From an uncultured Planctomycetia bacterium (GTDB taxonomy: Bacteria; Omnitrophota; Gorgyraeia; Tantalellales; Tantalellaceae): DNA of 64,000 bases. A model generated the notes under the pieces. It worked only from the letters and a program-made list of their open reading frames with translations, made no database searches and had not been told where the DNA came from. Where the stretch lies: positions 22,726 through 86,725 of the forward strand of contig CAYQUS010000001.1 in NCBI GenBank assembly GCA_964421015.1, given 5' to 3'. A program made the translations under genes and the position numbers. Of the stretch, positions 19,543-29,545 are shown in pieces (position 1 is the stretch's first letter; each line of letters starts with the position of its first letter).

Positions 19543-19896
19543 TTAAGATGAGAGATGCTTGGAAAGTAAATTTCTCAGAACCGTATCCGGGTTTTCAGCG
19601 TTGGGCAAGAATTCCGCCGCGACGCCGAACGTCACAGCTATGGTTTTATTTACGATGTCGCACCTTACTACTCTGGCAAGAAAACGAAGTTCGGTCCGCG
19701 CCTCGGGTGGAGATATTTCGCAATCGACAAGGCACCCGACCGGCAACTCGAAAAGACTTTCGAAATACACCCCGCCCGCGCTTATATTCCTGGTCACGGA
19801 ACTTCCGGAAAAGATGCCGAAGGGCTGTCTTGACCGGTACTTCACGCCAAAAGCAATTTTAGAGCGTTTATACGCTCTTCTCTCGCCGCTTATCAT
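19543..19896 (-). CDS. PilZ-domain c-di-GMP-binding protein
   Basis: RxxxR motif (RRAYKRSK) and a D/NxSxGG motif (NISAGGVYF) in a roughly 115-aa single-domain protein. Confidence 0.7.
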   Translation of the reverse strand: MISGERRAYKRSKIAFGVKYRSRQPFGIFSGSSVTRNISAGGVYFESLFELPVGCLVDCEISPPEARTELRFLARVVRCDIVNKTIAVTFGVAAEFLPNAENPDTVLRNLLSKHLSS

Positions 19897-19917
19897 AACT
19901 TTTAGTTCTCGCGCTTT

Positions 19918-20355
19918 TTATTGAAAAGTTATGAGATCTATCCCGGAAACCGGGTCGATTTTTCTTTCCAGGGAAAGACCTTTTATCTCGGAAACAACAG
20001 CCTCCAGGGTTATAAATGTTTTGCTCCCCTTGCGCAGGCAGCCCGTAAGCGAAGAGTTCCCGCTCCCGAAAGAAGCATGGAGATGGATCCTTGGTTTACC
20101 GTCTTTCCTGGTTATCGTCCCGGATCCCACGACTTCCCTGCCGTCATTGAATGAAACAACGTTGGGATCCGGAGGTAAAGCGACTTTTTTCGGACCGGAA
20201 ACTATCGTTCCTTCCTCTATCGCTCCCAGGACGCTTACGGTAGCGACGGATATTTTCTCTTTATCGGCGATATCGCACAAAAGAGACACTATGTCGTCCC
20301 CGTTGTCAAAACGTATAAAGAAGACCCTTCCAGTGTTTCCTGAAGAATACTGCAT
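19918..20355 (-). CDS. PPC (DUF296) domain protein
   Basis: Matches the PPC-domain pattern (GRVFFIRF...G....SGP......V.LHASF). The start was set to the ATG at 20355, 1 nt after the pfk stop; the longer track ORF overlaps pfk. Confidence 0.65.
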   Translation of the reverse strand: MQYSSGNTGRVFFIRFDNGDDIVSLLCDIADKEKISVATVSVLGAIEEGTIVSGPKKVALPPDPNVVSFNDGREVVGSGTITRKDGKPRIHLHASFGSGNSSLTGCLRKGSKTFITLEAVVSEIKGLSLERKIDPVSGIDLITFQ

Positions 20356-20356
20356 A

Positions 20357-21571
20357 TCACATGTACCTTTCCGGCGAACCCTTAGTTTCCACATACACAG
20401 GCTCGTACTTCTCGGGATTCCTCCCGAAACAAGTGCCGAGCTGTTCAAAAAGGGCCACCTGACTGAGATCGACATGTCTTTGAACGATCGCTCTGTCCGC
20501 CGGCATGTATCTGACTTCTTTCCCTTTCACCTCGGACACGGTCACTCCGGTTATGCCTTTCACAAGAAGTTTAACGGCGGCGGCTCCGGCTTCCTTGCCG
20601 AAATTAACGTCATAAGCGCTGGCCCTTCCGCATCTGACAAGATGTCCGGGAGTGACAGACCTTACCTCCGGTATTTCATAAAGCTTCTCAACATACATAT
20701 GTGTATCTTTCATGAAATCTTTCACCATAGTGTCGGCCTTAAGACGTTTAGTAAGTTCCTGGCATACGTACTTAGCCGCTCCGGCCAGCTTCTTGTGACC
20801 AAAAGCGTCAACACCGGCGCTTTCGTCGACTATTTCCTTCCCGGATGCGTCCTTGAGCCCCTCGGCCACGACAATCAGGTATGTCCCCTCAAAAACATCG
20901 CTCAGGATAAAACGCCGTGTAAGCTTCTGTTTAACATGCGCGTAAAGCACATCAAAATCAACAGGTATCTCAGGAATAAGTATCGCATCCACATCGGCAG
21001 CTATGCCTCCTCGGAACGCGGTATGCCCGGCATATCTTCCGAAAACCTCCATGACTATAACCCTGTTATGCGTCCTTCCAGTGGTCTTAAGTTCATCGGC
21101 ATATACGGATATCTTATTTATAGTGGAATCGGCTCCTACAGAATATGTCTGCAGATCAAGATCCATCGTCTTGGGAACATGTACGCACGCGATATCATTC
21201 TTATGAAGATCTACCATTACACTGCCGGAATCGTCTCCGCCGCTTATCACAAGAGCGTCTATACCGAATTTTGTCAGCCCCTTTTTTATGCGCTCATACC
21301 TTGCGGAATCGTCTATCTTCTTTATCTTAACACGCGAGTGCCCGACGGCTGAACCTGCCATAGTGGCGTTCACAAGGTCTATTCGGTCTGCCGAAAGCTC
21401 AGTAAGACGCTCAAAGTCCACTAGATTGTAAAGACCCGCGTATCCGTTAGGAATAGCGTAGCATTTTATCCCCATGCTCGACGCCATGGCCGCAGCTCCC
21501 TTAACGACAGCGTTCAACCCTCCGCAGTCTCCACCGCTTGTAAGTACAGCTATTTTTTTCACTTTATCCAT
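20357..21571 (-). CDS. pfk: 6-phosphofructokinase, probably pyrophosphate-dependent
   Basis: PFK N-terminus KIAVLTSGGDCGGLNAVV. GGDDS replaces the GGDGS of ATP-PFKs, and PKTMDLD has Lys where ATP-PFKs have Gly (PGTIDND); both are PPi-PFK signatures. Confidence 0.8.
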   Translation of the reverse strand: MDKVKKIAVLTSGGDCGGLNAVVKGAAAMASSMGIKCYAIPNGYAGLYNLVDFERLTELSADRIDLVNATMAGSAVGHSRVKIKKIDDSARYERIKKGLTKFGIDALVISGGDDSGSVMVDLHKNDIACVHVPKTMDLDLQTYSVGADSTINKISVYADELKTTGRTHNRVIVMEVFGRYAGHTAFRGGIAADVDAILIPEIPVDFDVLYAHVKQKLTRRFILSDVFEGTYLIVVAEGLKDASGKEIVDESAGVDAFGHKKLAGAAKYVCQELTKRLKADTMVKDFMKDTHMYVEKLYEIPEVRSVTPGHLVRCGRASAYDVNFGKEAGAAAVKLLVKGITGVTVSEVKGKEVRYMPADRAIVQRHVDLSQVALFEQLGTCFGRNPEKYEPVYVETKGSPERYM

Positions 21572-21670
21572 TTTTCCTCCTTAGAATTTTTAAAACAAGT
21601 GTCACAGAAGTATAATCATACCCTTCAAAAACGGAAAATCAACAAAAAAAACAAGAGTTAAATTTCGAAG

Positions 21671-22165
21671 CTATATTCCCAGTGAAGATTGAAAAAATGA
21701 CCTGTCCTTTTGAAGTTTTATGCGGAAAGTCCTTCCGCTTACTATGATCTTCTTAAGATCTTTATCCCCATCCCTCCAATCACCGTAACTTAAGAAAAAC
21801 TCGAAATCCTCTCCCGCCTCCTTTACCGAGCTTATCCGGTAAGGCTTGTATTCCATGAACCGGAAGTCCATTTTGGCCTCGTCTAACGTATAGCCCGTTT
21901 CATTGGGATCATCGAGGAGAGAAAACATTTTTTCATAATCCTCGTTTTTCCAGGCCTCCAGAAAATCCGTTACGACAGCCCTGCCTTCAGGACACACCTC
22001 GGAATCTATCTCCTGACGACCTGTAAAAGCCGAGAACGGAACACCTACCATTCGCGGCTGCTCTCCTCTGGGGTCCTCAAAGTTCTGACCGACAGATAGC
22101 CCCTCCGTGATAAGTAAGAGAGGAAATACCGCTAACACCGCCATATTGAAACGGGCACCCTGCAC
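21671..22165 (-). CDS. exported hypothetical protein
   Basis: Signal-peptide-like N-terminus (MAVLAVFPLLLITEGLSVG) and an acidic mature part with no recognised motif. The start overlaps the dtd stop by 1 nt. Confidence 0.4.
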   Translation of the reverse strand: MQGARFNMAVLAVFPLLLITEGLSVGQNFEDPRGEQPRMVGVPFSAFTGRQEIDSEVCPEGRAVVTDFLEAWKNEDYEKMFSLLDDPNETGYTLDEAKMDFRFMEYKPYRISSVKEAGEDFEFFLSYGDWRDGDKDLKKIIVSGRTFRIKLQKDRSFFQSSLGI

Positions 22166-22623
22166 TATCTATCTCCCCCCTCATTAACAAAGTCCAGAAC
22201 GAAGGTAACAGGACCGTCATTTACGAGCCTTACCTCCATCTCCGCTCCGAAAACCCCTTCCTTCACCTTAAGACCTTGTTCCCGCAGCCTTTGGTTAAAA
22301 GCCCTCCACATGTTTTCAGCCTTCTCCCCCGAAGCCGCCGAAGAAAACCCGGGCCGGTTCCCTTCCGTGACCGTGCTTACAAGCGTGAACTGCGAAACGC
22401 TTAAGACTTCCTGTCCGGCGCTGCGGATATCAACGTTCATTTTGCCCTGGGAGTCCTCTATGATCCTGAATTTAGACACTTTCACGGCCATATCATTGAT
22501 TTCCTTTTCCGTATCGTCCTTGGCTATTCCGCACAAAATAAGAAAACCGGCCCCTATAGAGGCGGAAACACTGCCGTCCAGCGATACCGAAGCTTCTTTT
22601 ACCCTTTGTATAACTATTCTCAT
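22165..22623 (-). CDS. dtd: D-aminoacyl-tRNA deacylase
   Basis: MRIVIQRV N-terminus and the SQFTL motif, about 150 aa. Confidence 0.85.
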   Translation of the reverse strand: MRIVIQRVKEASVSLDGSVSASIGAGFLILCGIAKDDTEKEINDMAVKVSKFRIIEDSQGKMNVDIRSAGQEVLSVSQFTLVSTVTEGNRPGFSSAASGEKAENMWRAFNQRLREQGLKVKEGVFGAEMEVRLVNDGPVTFVLDFVNEGGDR

Positions 22624-22647
22624 CCGGAGCTTCTCCAGGATACGTTT

Positions 22648-23388
22648 TTACTCTTTTTCCACTCTGTTCGTAAGTTTCCCTATGCCTTCTATCTCAACGG
22701 TTACCTCATCTCCAGGCATCATGGGTCCTATCCCGCCGGGGGTCCCGGTGCTTATGACATCTCCCGGAAGCAGCGTCATTATCCCGGATATGAAAGACAC
22801 AAGTTCGTTAACGCCGAAAATAAGTTTTCCCGTGCGTGAGGATTGTTTAAGTTCTCCGTTGAGATATGCTTTCACAAAAAGATCATCCGGATCGAGTTCG
22901 GTTTCGATCCAGGGACCGATGGGGGCAAAAGTGTCAAAACTCTTTGAGCGTGTCCACTGCACGTCTCTTTTCTGCAGATCCCGGGCGGTAACGTCGTTGA
23001 GACAAGTAAACCCCATTATGTAGTCGCGCGCGCTCCTCGCTTCCACATTATGCGCGGGGCTTCCTATTACAACGGCAAGTTCAGCCTCATAATCAACTCT
23101 TTCTGACACGGATGGATAAAGGATAGTCCCGCCCGGGCCCAGCAAGGTTGAAGCCGGCTTTATGAATATCACGGGCTCCTGAGGCGCGCTTAGCCCCATT
23201 TCGGCGGCATGATCACTGTAATTCAGCCCCACGCATACGATCTTCTGAGGAACGACCGGAGGAAGAAGAGAAACATCTTCGAGAGAAAAAACACGCCCTT
23301 CGCAAACTCCCTGAAAGACCCTTATCTTTTCACCTTCTACTGCCCCTGAATAAACTGTCCCGTCATGGGTGAACCTGGCGATTTTCAT
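22648..23388 (-). CDS. fumarylacetoacetate hydrolase (FAH) family protein
   Basis: FAH-fold motifs (VCVGLNY.DHAAE, DYEAELAVVIG, GDVISTGTPGGIG). Confidence 0.75.
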   Translation of the reverse strand: MKIARFTHDGTVYSGAVEGEKIRVFQGVCEGRVFSLEDVSLLPPVVPQKIVCVGLNYSDHAAEMGLSAPQEPVIFIKPASTLLGPGGTILYPSVSERVDYEAELAVVIGSPAHNVEARSARDYIMGFTCLNDVTARDLQKRDVQWTRSKSFDTFAPIGPWIETELDPDDLFVKAYLNGELKQSSRTGKLIFGVNELVSFISGIMTLLPGDVISTGTPGGIGPMMPGDEVTVEIEGIGKLTNRVEKE

Positions 23389-23418
23389 AGAAAAATCTTC
23401 TGCGGCGAGAAACGCTTT

Positions 23419-23640
23419 CTATGGCCTTATCTCTACGCTTATCCCTTTTCCTTTTAGAAAAGAGAACATTCTTTCTGTCTCTGATTTGTCCCCGTTTATT
23501 ATCAAGTACGCCCACCCGCTCTCGGTCGAAAAAGAAGCCTCTACTATCTTTATGTCGACGTTGAAATCCTTTATCATCTGACAGATAATAGGCTCGTCCT
23601 TGAGTTCCCCGGGTATAAAAAGTTCTATTTTTATTTCCAT
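23419..23640 (-). CDS. NIL-domain small protein (ferredoxin-like fold)
   Basis: About 73 aa resembling the MetN C-terminal NIL domain (IKIELFIPGELKDEPIICQMIKDFNVDIKIVEASF....GWAYLII.G). The ATG at 23640 follows GGAGAGGGGAGAG. An alternative ATG at 23691 overlaps the rpoD stop as ATGA. Confidence 0.5.
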   Translation of the reverse strand: MEIKIELFIPGELKDEPIICQMIKDFNVDIKIVEASFSTESGWAYLIINGDKSETERMFSFLKGKGISVEIRP

Positions 23641-23687
23641 GCTACTCTCCCCTCTCCACAGTTTAGTTTTTTTTAAAAAAGCTGACC

Positions 23688-25307
23688 TCATGAAAAACCA
23701 AGATCAAGAAAGTTCTTAAGTTTCTTGGCCCTTATGGGGTGCCGGAGTTTCTTAAGAGCCTTTGCCTCGATCTGGCGCACCCTTTCGCGGGTAACATTGA
23801 AGATCTTCCCGACTTCTTCCAGAGTCCTCGGATAACCATCTCCTATCCCGAACCTGAGCGTAAGCACTTTCTGCTCTCTGTCTGTAAGAGTTTCCAGGAC
23901 CTCATCCATCTGCTCCTTCAGCATGGCGTAAGCCGTAGCATTAGCCGGAGACACCGCCGACTTGTCCTCTATGAAATCACCGAAATTGGTGTCACCCTCG
24001 TCCCCGATGGGAGTTTCCAGGGAGATGGGATGCTGAGCTATTTTAATTATGCCTCTGACTTTCTCCACGGGAACTTTCATCGCCGAGGCTATCTCTTCGG
24101 GAGTCGGTTCCCTCCCGTTCTCCTGTACAAGTGACCTTGATACCCTTACGAGCTTGTTTATGGTCTCGGTCATGTGAACCGGTATCCTTATGGTCCTTGA
24201 CTGGTCCGCTATAGACCTTGTTATAGCCTGTCGTATCCACCAGGTAGCGTACGTGCTGAACTTATAACCTCTCTCATACTCGAACTTGTCCACAGCTTTC
24301 ATAAGGCCCATATTCCCTTCCTGTATAAGGTCCAGGAATGAAAGGCCTCTGTTTGTGTATTTTTTTGCGATACTTACGACCAGCCTGAGATTCGCGGCTA
24401 CAAGTTCTTTCTTAGTCGAGGTGTATTCTCCCTCTATCCTTTCAAGTTCATTTATATCCCCCACCATCTGTTCCGGGGTCCTCGCCGTGTTCCTCTGTAT
24501 CTTTCTGAGCTCCGACTTCAGCTCCGCTATTTCTTTCTTTGAAGATCTTTTAAGGGCCAACCTGTCCAGCCGGGCTTTGATCGAACGCGCCTGGCTGAGC
24601 GTTTTGGATATATCTTCCGCCACGCGTTCAACCAGGGATATGGTCACTTTTAACTTGAACATAAGATCAACTATCGTGTCGCTCTTAGTGGACAGCTTTA
24701 TGCGTTTTATAAGATCGCGTTTTACCTTCTCCAGCTTTTCGGTGTTTGCTCCGGGGGGGATATCAAGAACATCATCCAGGTTGTAATCGTTGTCCAGGGA
24801 ATCCTCTATTTCGTCCAGGATCATGTCTCTTCCTATCTTTATCTTAAAAACTATCTCCTTCAGACTTTTCTCATTGCTCTTTATCCTTTTCGCGAGATCT
24901 AGCTCTTCTGACCTTGTTAAAAGAGGTATCTGCCCCATTTGTTTGAGATACATCTTTACCGGGTCGTCTATTTGAACGAATTTTCGGGATTTTACCTGCT
25001 GCTGGTCGCGCTTCACAGTGAAATGTATCTTTTCAACCTCTTCTTCCGATTCCACGACCTTGATGTCCGCGGAGTGCAGGGCTGTCATTACCTCATCTAT
25101 CTCGTCGGAAGAAACAACGTTGTCAGGGATAATATCGTTGACCTCATCGTAGCTGAGATACCCTTTATCCTTACCCGCTTTTATGAGTTTTCTGACGATG
25201 GCTGAACGTATCCCGGCCGATGAATCCTCGGATTCATCCTGATCCATCGCCATCTCTTCGTTATCAGCGCTTTTTACCGGTTTTCTCGGTCTTTTTGTGC
25301 CTGCCAT
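23688..25307 (-). CDS. rpoD: RNA polymerase sigma factor RpoD (sigma-70)
   Basis: Regions 2 to 4 are recognisable ([42 protein letters not shown]; [28 protein letters not shown]). Confidence 0.9.
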   Translation of the reverse strand: MAGTKRPRKPVKSADNEEMAMDQDESEDSSAGIRSAIVRKLIKAGKDKGYLSYDEVNDIIPDNVVSSDEIDEVMTALHSADIKVVESEEEVEKIHFTVKRDQQQVKSRKFVQIDDPVKMYLKQMGQIPLLTRSEELDLAKRIKSNEKSLKEIVFKIKIGRDMILDEIEDSLDNDYNLDDVLDIPPGANTEKLEKVKRDLIKRIKLSTKSDTIVDLMFKLKVTISLVERVAEDISKTLSQARSIKARLDRLALKRSSKKEIAELKSELRKIQRNTARTPEQMVGDINELERIEGEYTSTKKELVAANLRLVVSIAKKYTNRGLSFLDLIQEGNMGLMKAVDKFEYERGYKFSTYATWWIRQAITRSIADQSRTIRIPVHMTETINKLVRVSRSLVQENGREPTPEEIASAMKVPVEKVRGIIKIAQHPISLETPIGDEGDTNFGDFIEDKSAVSPANATAYAMLKEQMDEVLETLTDREQKVLTLRFGIGDGYPRTLEEVGKIFNVTRERVRQIEAKALKKLRHPIRAKKLKNFLDLGFS

Positions 25308-25309
25308 TT

Positions 25310-27073
25310 TTAAACGACCCTCTCTTTATGTATTTGGTCTATCATTTTAAGAGCAGCATTTATCCCCGCGGCATCCGATCTTTCCTGGGCCGTCTTTAAC
25401 GTGGCCGCCAGGTCTCGCAGCCTGTCCTCCCGGTTCTCCCGTCTTACGCACGCTATACAATCCCTCATCGCCTTCAGAGGCTCGGTAATGATGTCTGCTT
25501 TAGCCATGGCCTGTATTATAAGAGCTCTGGCGTTCTCATCTTCCCCGAATCTGGAAAGAAGTTTCCCGGGATTAACGCAATCTTCTCCCTCGGAATCGAA
25601 GGACAGACGTATTTCCTTTAATACTTTCTGAACAGTAACGTCAGTAAAGGCCGTCATCCCAAGTTCGTTTTCAACGGCATCAAATATAGACCGGTCTGTC
25701 ATCATAAGGCCTAAAAGATGTATTTCGCTGCTCCTGAACTTTACCCGCTGTTCCGCCGTATCGGATGGTCGCTCGGATCTATACGGTTTATCGGGCTTTA
25801 TTTTTCCTATTTCCACCCTCAGAGAAGCCTCATGTACCCCCAGTTTTTCGGCAAGCTGCCGCAAATAATCGGACTGTAAAACAGCGTTTGTCACTTTTGC
25901 TATGGTAGGCAGCATACCGTCAACAATAGCGGCTATATCTCTTTTTCCTTTTTTTTGGATCAGGATGTCCAGTTTGTAATCAAAAAGGCTCTTTGAATTT
26001 TCCACCTTGCCGTAAAACGCCGAACTGCCTTCTCTGCGTACGAAACTGTCTGGGTCATCCCCTTCCGGCAAAGTGGCTATTTTTATCTTCATCCCGTTCT
26101 CAAGCAGGATATCAAGTCCGCGCAAACTGGCATTCTCTCCCGCCTGATCGGAGTCAAAGACCATCACCGCTGTATCCGTATATTTTTTAAGAAGTTCGAC
26201 CTGTCTTAAAGTAAGAGCCGTGCCGGATGTTGCCACAACGTTATCAACTCCGTTCTGGAAAGGGATTATAACGTCAAGATACCCTTCAACCAGTATCGCA
26301 TACCCCTTTTCCTTTATTCCTTTTCTGGAAAAATGTAAACCATAAAGCACATTGCTCTTGCTGTAGACCGGGGTTTCCGGCGAGTTTATGTATTTGGGAA
26401 GTTTATCGTCAAGCACCCTCCCGCCGAACGCCACGATAACCCCTCTCTCGTTGTGTATAGGGAACATTACCCTGTCCCTAAAACGGTCGTAGTCTCCTTT
26501 GCCTTTTTCACTGGAAACCGTAAGGCCGGACTTTTTTAATACCTCCCCTGTTATCTTCCTGGATCGGCAATACGATGAAAGAGCCTCCCAATCCCTGGGA
26601 GCGTAGCCTACGGCGAACCGCGTCGCGGTTTCCGGGGTTATGCCTCTATTCGACAGATATTCCCTGGCCTTCTTGCCTTTTTCAGACCTGAGTACGTTTT
26701 GAAAAAAAACTCCAGCCGCCTTGTTAGCCTCGATGATCTTTGATGAAAGAGACTCTCCTCCTTCCCCCGGACCGCCTGTTTTCGGCAGTTCCACTCCCGC
26801 CTTTGAGGCGAGGATCTTTACCGCTTCGGGAAATTCAAGACTGTCGTGTTTCATCACAAAATCTATTACGTTCCCGCCGGCATGACATCCGAAACAGTGG
26901 TATATCTGTTTGTCCGGGCTAACTACAAAGGAAGGGGTCTTTTCGTTGTGAAAGGGGCAGCACGCTTTAAAATTACGCCCGGCTCTTTTGAGCTGAACGT
27001 AATCGGAGATAACTTCGACTATATCAAGACGATCAAGAACATCGTCGATAATTTCCCTCGGGATCATACCCAT
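25310..27073 (-). CDS. dnaG: DNA primase
   Basis: Zinc ribbon [17 protein letters not shown], a TOPRIM domain (EGYLDV), and sits upstream of rpoD. Confidence 0.9.
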   Translation of the reverse strand: MGMIPREIIDDVLDRLDIVEVISDYVQLKRAGRNFKACCPFHNEKTPSFVVSPDKQIYHCFGCHAGGNVIDFVMKHDSLEFPEAVKILASKAGVELPKTGGPGEGGESLSSKIIEANKAAGVFFQNVLRSEKGKKAREYLSNRGITPETATRFAVGYAPRDWEALSSYCRSRKITGEVLKKSGLTVSSEKGKGDYDRFRDRVMFPIHNERGVIVAFGGRVLDDKLPKYINSPETPVYSKSNVLYGLHFSRKGIKEKGYAILVEGYLDVIIPFQNGVDNVVATSGTALTLRQVELLKKYTDTAVMVFDSDQAGENASLRGLDILLENGMKIKIATLPEGDDPDSFVRREGSSAFYGKVENSKSLFDYKLDILIQKKGKRDIAAIVDGMLPTIAKVTNAVLQSDYLRQLAEKLGVHEASLRVEIGKIKPDKPYRSERPSDTAEQRVKFRSSEIHLLGLMMTDRSIFDAVENELGMTAFTDVTVQKVLKEIRLSFDSEGEDCVNPGKLLSRFGEDENARALIIQAMAKADIITEPLKAMRDCIACVRRENREDRLRDLAATLKTAQERSDAAGINAALKMIDQIHKERVV

Positions 27074-27078
27074 GCAAA

Positions 27079-28038
27079 CTACTTTCTCCTGTATCTTCTA
27101 AAACCCGAGCATTCCAGAAAATTCAACTTACCGCGTTTTTCGACTGCGTCGAACATTAGATTGAGCCCCAGATTATCGCTGGGGATATGCCCGGCTATGA
27201 CATAGTTTATAAACTCTGACTTGGCTACCTTATAGTTTTCCTCTTTACAGTGCATCCCGACTATAGTCCTGACTCCGGATTGATGTAATCTGGCAAAAAG
27301 TCCGGAGGGCCCGCCGGTACCTCCTGTCATATCAACGAATATCTTTCCCGCTTCGTCATTCTCGTTTCCCAGGAGTATGAACGGCCCACCGCCATGCCGC
27401 ATACCGTTCTGGTACTCCGGAATGGCCTTGAGCATAGAAAGAACGTTCGAAAGTCTTGATGGTTTTTCTCTGTCGAACAATTTTTGAAGATATGTCGCCA
27501 CACAATTATCAGCCACCGTATGCGCGCATAAAAGTGGTATACCCAAAAGTTTGGCCGCGTCAAGGACCCGGGTATGGTTTACGGGAGATAATCCCCTGGC
27601 TACCTCGGCCCTTCTGTCCTTCATTATTCCTCTGGCCACCTCGGGAGAGAACCCGAACTTATCTTCCCATATGTCAGACTGTATGCCCATTACCCTGTCG
27701 AGCTGCGCCAAAGCTCTGGCACAAGGATGGTGAGATACAACCAGGTCAATATTTATCCCTTTCTCCATTAGCCTGTCCGCTAAGAGAAGCTCCTCTACGC
27801 CTATGTCTATTCCCACCATGATATCCGTCACGTCTTCATCTCCGGACCCGTTTATTATCCGGCTGTCGTGATATGGGTGGATCAGGCTTTGTCTGTCAAA
27901 GAACCTTTTGTCCAGGCCTTTTGCCGTATCATAAGCTTCTTTTGCTTTCCGAAGGTCCTCGGAAACGGCTTTCTTTGACCGGGGATCCATTTTAACGGCA
28001 TTTTCCACCATGGCGGAGTACATTTCCTTGAGTTTCAT
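27079..28038 (-). CDS. NIF3 (YqfO) family dinuclear-metal-centre protein
   Basis: NIF3-like motifs (VVSHHP, C-terminal YVIAGHIPSDNLGL). The start was moved to the ATG at 28038, which follows GGAGAGG and lies 1 nt after the cvpA stop. Confidence 0.6.
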   Translation of the reverse strand: MKLKEMYSAMVENAVKMDPRSKKAVSEDLRKAKEAYDTAKGLDKRFFDRQSLIHPYHDSRIINGSGDEDVTDIMVGIDIGVEELLLADRLMEKGINIDLVVSHHPCARALAQLDRVMGIQSDIWEDKFGFSPEVARGIMKDRRAEVARGLSPVNHTRVLDAAKLLGIPLLCAHTVADNCVATYLQKLFDREKPSRLSNVLSMLKAIPEYQNGMRHGGGPFILLGNENDEAGKIFVDMTGGTGGPSGLFARLHQSGVRTIVGMHCKEENYKVAKSEFINYVIAGHIPSDNLGLNLMFDAVEKRGKLNFLECSGFRRYRRK

Positions 28039-28039
28039 T

Positions 28040-28624
28040 TTATCCTCTCCCGGCTGTGTAAGAACCCTTTTCCCCGATAAATTCGTCAAAAGCATCGCGG
28101 TCGGACTCTTTTCCTTCTTCAGGCAACAAAAGGCCGTCTATAGCCCTGTATAGTACTGCATCAACCTCGAGCAGGCGTAGGGATGACTTAGAGCCTTCCA
28201 TCACGGATTCAACCATGTAGTCCACGGGCACCAGCAGCAGAAAAAAAACTATCATTCCGCAAAGCACAACCGCCTTCACCCCTGCTACAACCGCTCCTCC
28301 AAGCTTCTCGAATATGGATAGCTCCGAAGCCAGTACCGCGCTGAAAATACGCTCTACAAGTTTCAGTACCACAAACCCGGCTGCGGCTACGGCAAAGAAC
28401 GACAGCGGCTTAGCCCACCCCTGAAGCATGAACCCGAAGATAGCCTCAGACACAAGCGGATGGTATCTGACGGAAACATACATAATAGCCACCCATCCGG
28501 CAAGAGCTAAAAGCTGAGACCCCACCCCTGTCTTGGCCCCCCTCAAAACGGTACCAAGAAAGATGACGATGAAAAGCGCGTCAACCCAGTTTATCTGTTT
28601 TAATAATTCAGGCAAGTTATACAC
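28040..28624 (-). CDS. cvpA: CvpA-family membrane protein
   Basis: Four-TM small membrane protein with a CvpA-like N-terminus. Confidence 0.65.
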   Translation of the reverse strand: MYNLPELLKQINWVDALFIVIFLGTVLRGAKTGVGSQLLALAGWVAIMYVSVRYHPLVSEAIFGFMLQGWAKPLSFFAVAAAGFVVLKLVERIFSAVLASELSIFEKLGGAVVAGVKAVVLCGMIVFFLLLVPVDYMVESVMEGSKSSLRLLEVDAVLYRAIDGLLLPEEGKESDRDAFDEFIGEKGSYTAGRG

Positions 28625-28781
28625 CTCTCGGAAAAACAGAGTATATCACACGATAAGCGCATAGTCAAATCAGAGAGGCTGCTGGCGGCGAAAAAACCGG
28701 CTTGGAACGAAAATATCAAGATTTTTTAAAATTTACGCGATTTTCCTGAAATTTTCATGTAAAGTGTTTCAAAACAATACG

Positions 28782-29528
28782 TTACATAGAAAAGTTTCCG
28801 GCTTCGTACCCCATAACAGAAACCGCAAAAAGACCTGCTGTATCGCTTTTCAAGACTGTCTTTCCGAAATTTACAAGTAAAAAACCGTTTTCCCTGGCAA
28901 AAAGAGCCTCATTTTCCGAAAAATCACCCTCCGGGCCTATCAGGGAAATGCACTTTTTGGGGAAAGGATGCGGTATCACGGACCTTAGCGGCACGGTTTT
29001 TCCGGATAAACACGCCAGTACCTTCAGATCATATTCTGCCGCGCCTGAAACCAGGTCTTTGAACATCAATATTTCCCCTATCTCGGGAACACACACCCTT
29101 GAACATTGTTTCGAGGCTTCTACGGATATCTTTCTCCACCTTTCTGTCATTTTCACCGCGGCCCGCGGATCCGGCCGGACTATCGTCCGCTCGCTTATGA
29201 GCGGAATTATCCTTGAAACTCCAAGCTCCGTGGCCTTTTCAACGATGTAGTCCATTTTGTTTTTTTTAGGGATAGCCTGCGCAAGAGTTATTGAGGGGTT
29301 TTCAAGGACAGGGGCCTTGCATGAACTGGTTATTTCCACTGTCAGATTTTTACCCCGATCATCTATCCTCGAGATTATTCCCGAGTATTCAGTGCCCTGC
29401 CCGTCGAACATCTGGATCTCATCTCCGAGTGAAAGCCTCAAAACTTCGCAAATGTGCCTGGCCTCACCGCCTGTTATCCGAGCCTTATTCCCCGCGATAT
29501 CTTCCGGTCTCAAAAAAAATCTTCCCAT
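28782..29528 (-). CDS. rsmE: 16S rRNA (uracil1498-N3)-methyltransferase
   Basis: N-terminal PUA-like region (RFFL...I.G.EARH) plus a SPOUT C-terminal domain, about 245 aa. Confidence 0.8.
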   Translation of the reverse strand: MGRFFLRPEDIAGNKARITGGEARHICEVLRLSLGDEIQMFDGQGTEYSGIISRIDDRGKNLTVEITSSCKAPVLENPSITLAQAIPKKNKMDYIVEKATELGVSRIIPLISERTIVRPDPRAAVKMTERWRKISVEASKQCSRVCVPEIGEILMFKDLVSGAAEYDLKVLACLSGKTVPLRSVIPHPFPKKCISLIGPEGDFSENEALFARENGFLLVNFGKTVLKSDTAGLFAVSVMGYEAGNFSM

Positions 29529-29545
29529 TTTATACCGCCGTCAAT

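Noticed and set aside
19931-21352. 473-aa plus-strand ORF, the longest plus-strand frame in the window
   Set aside because: It lies entirely antisense to the well-supported pfk and PPC-domain genes and has a low-complexity composition with no motif. It is a shadow ORF produced by the strand and codon bias. The same applies to plus-strand ORFs at 11495-12385, 49919-50866, 50751-51881 and 62720-63232.
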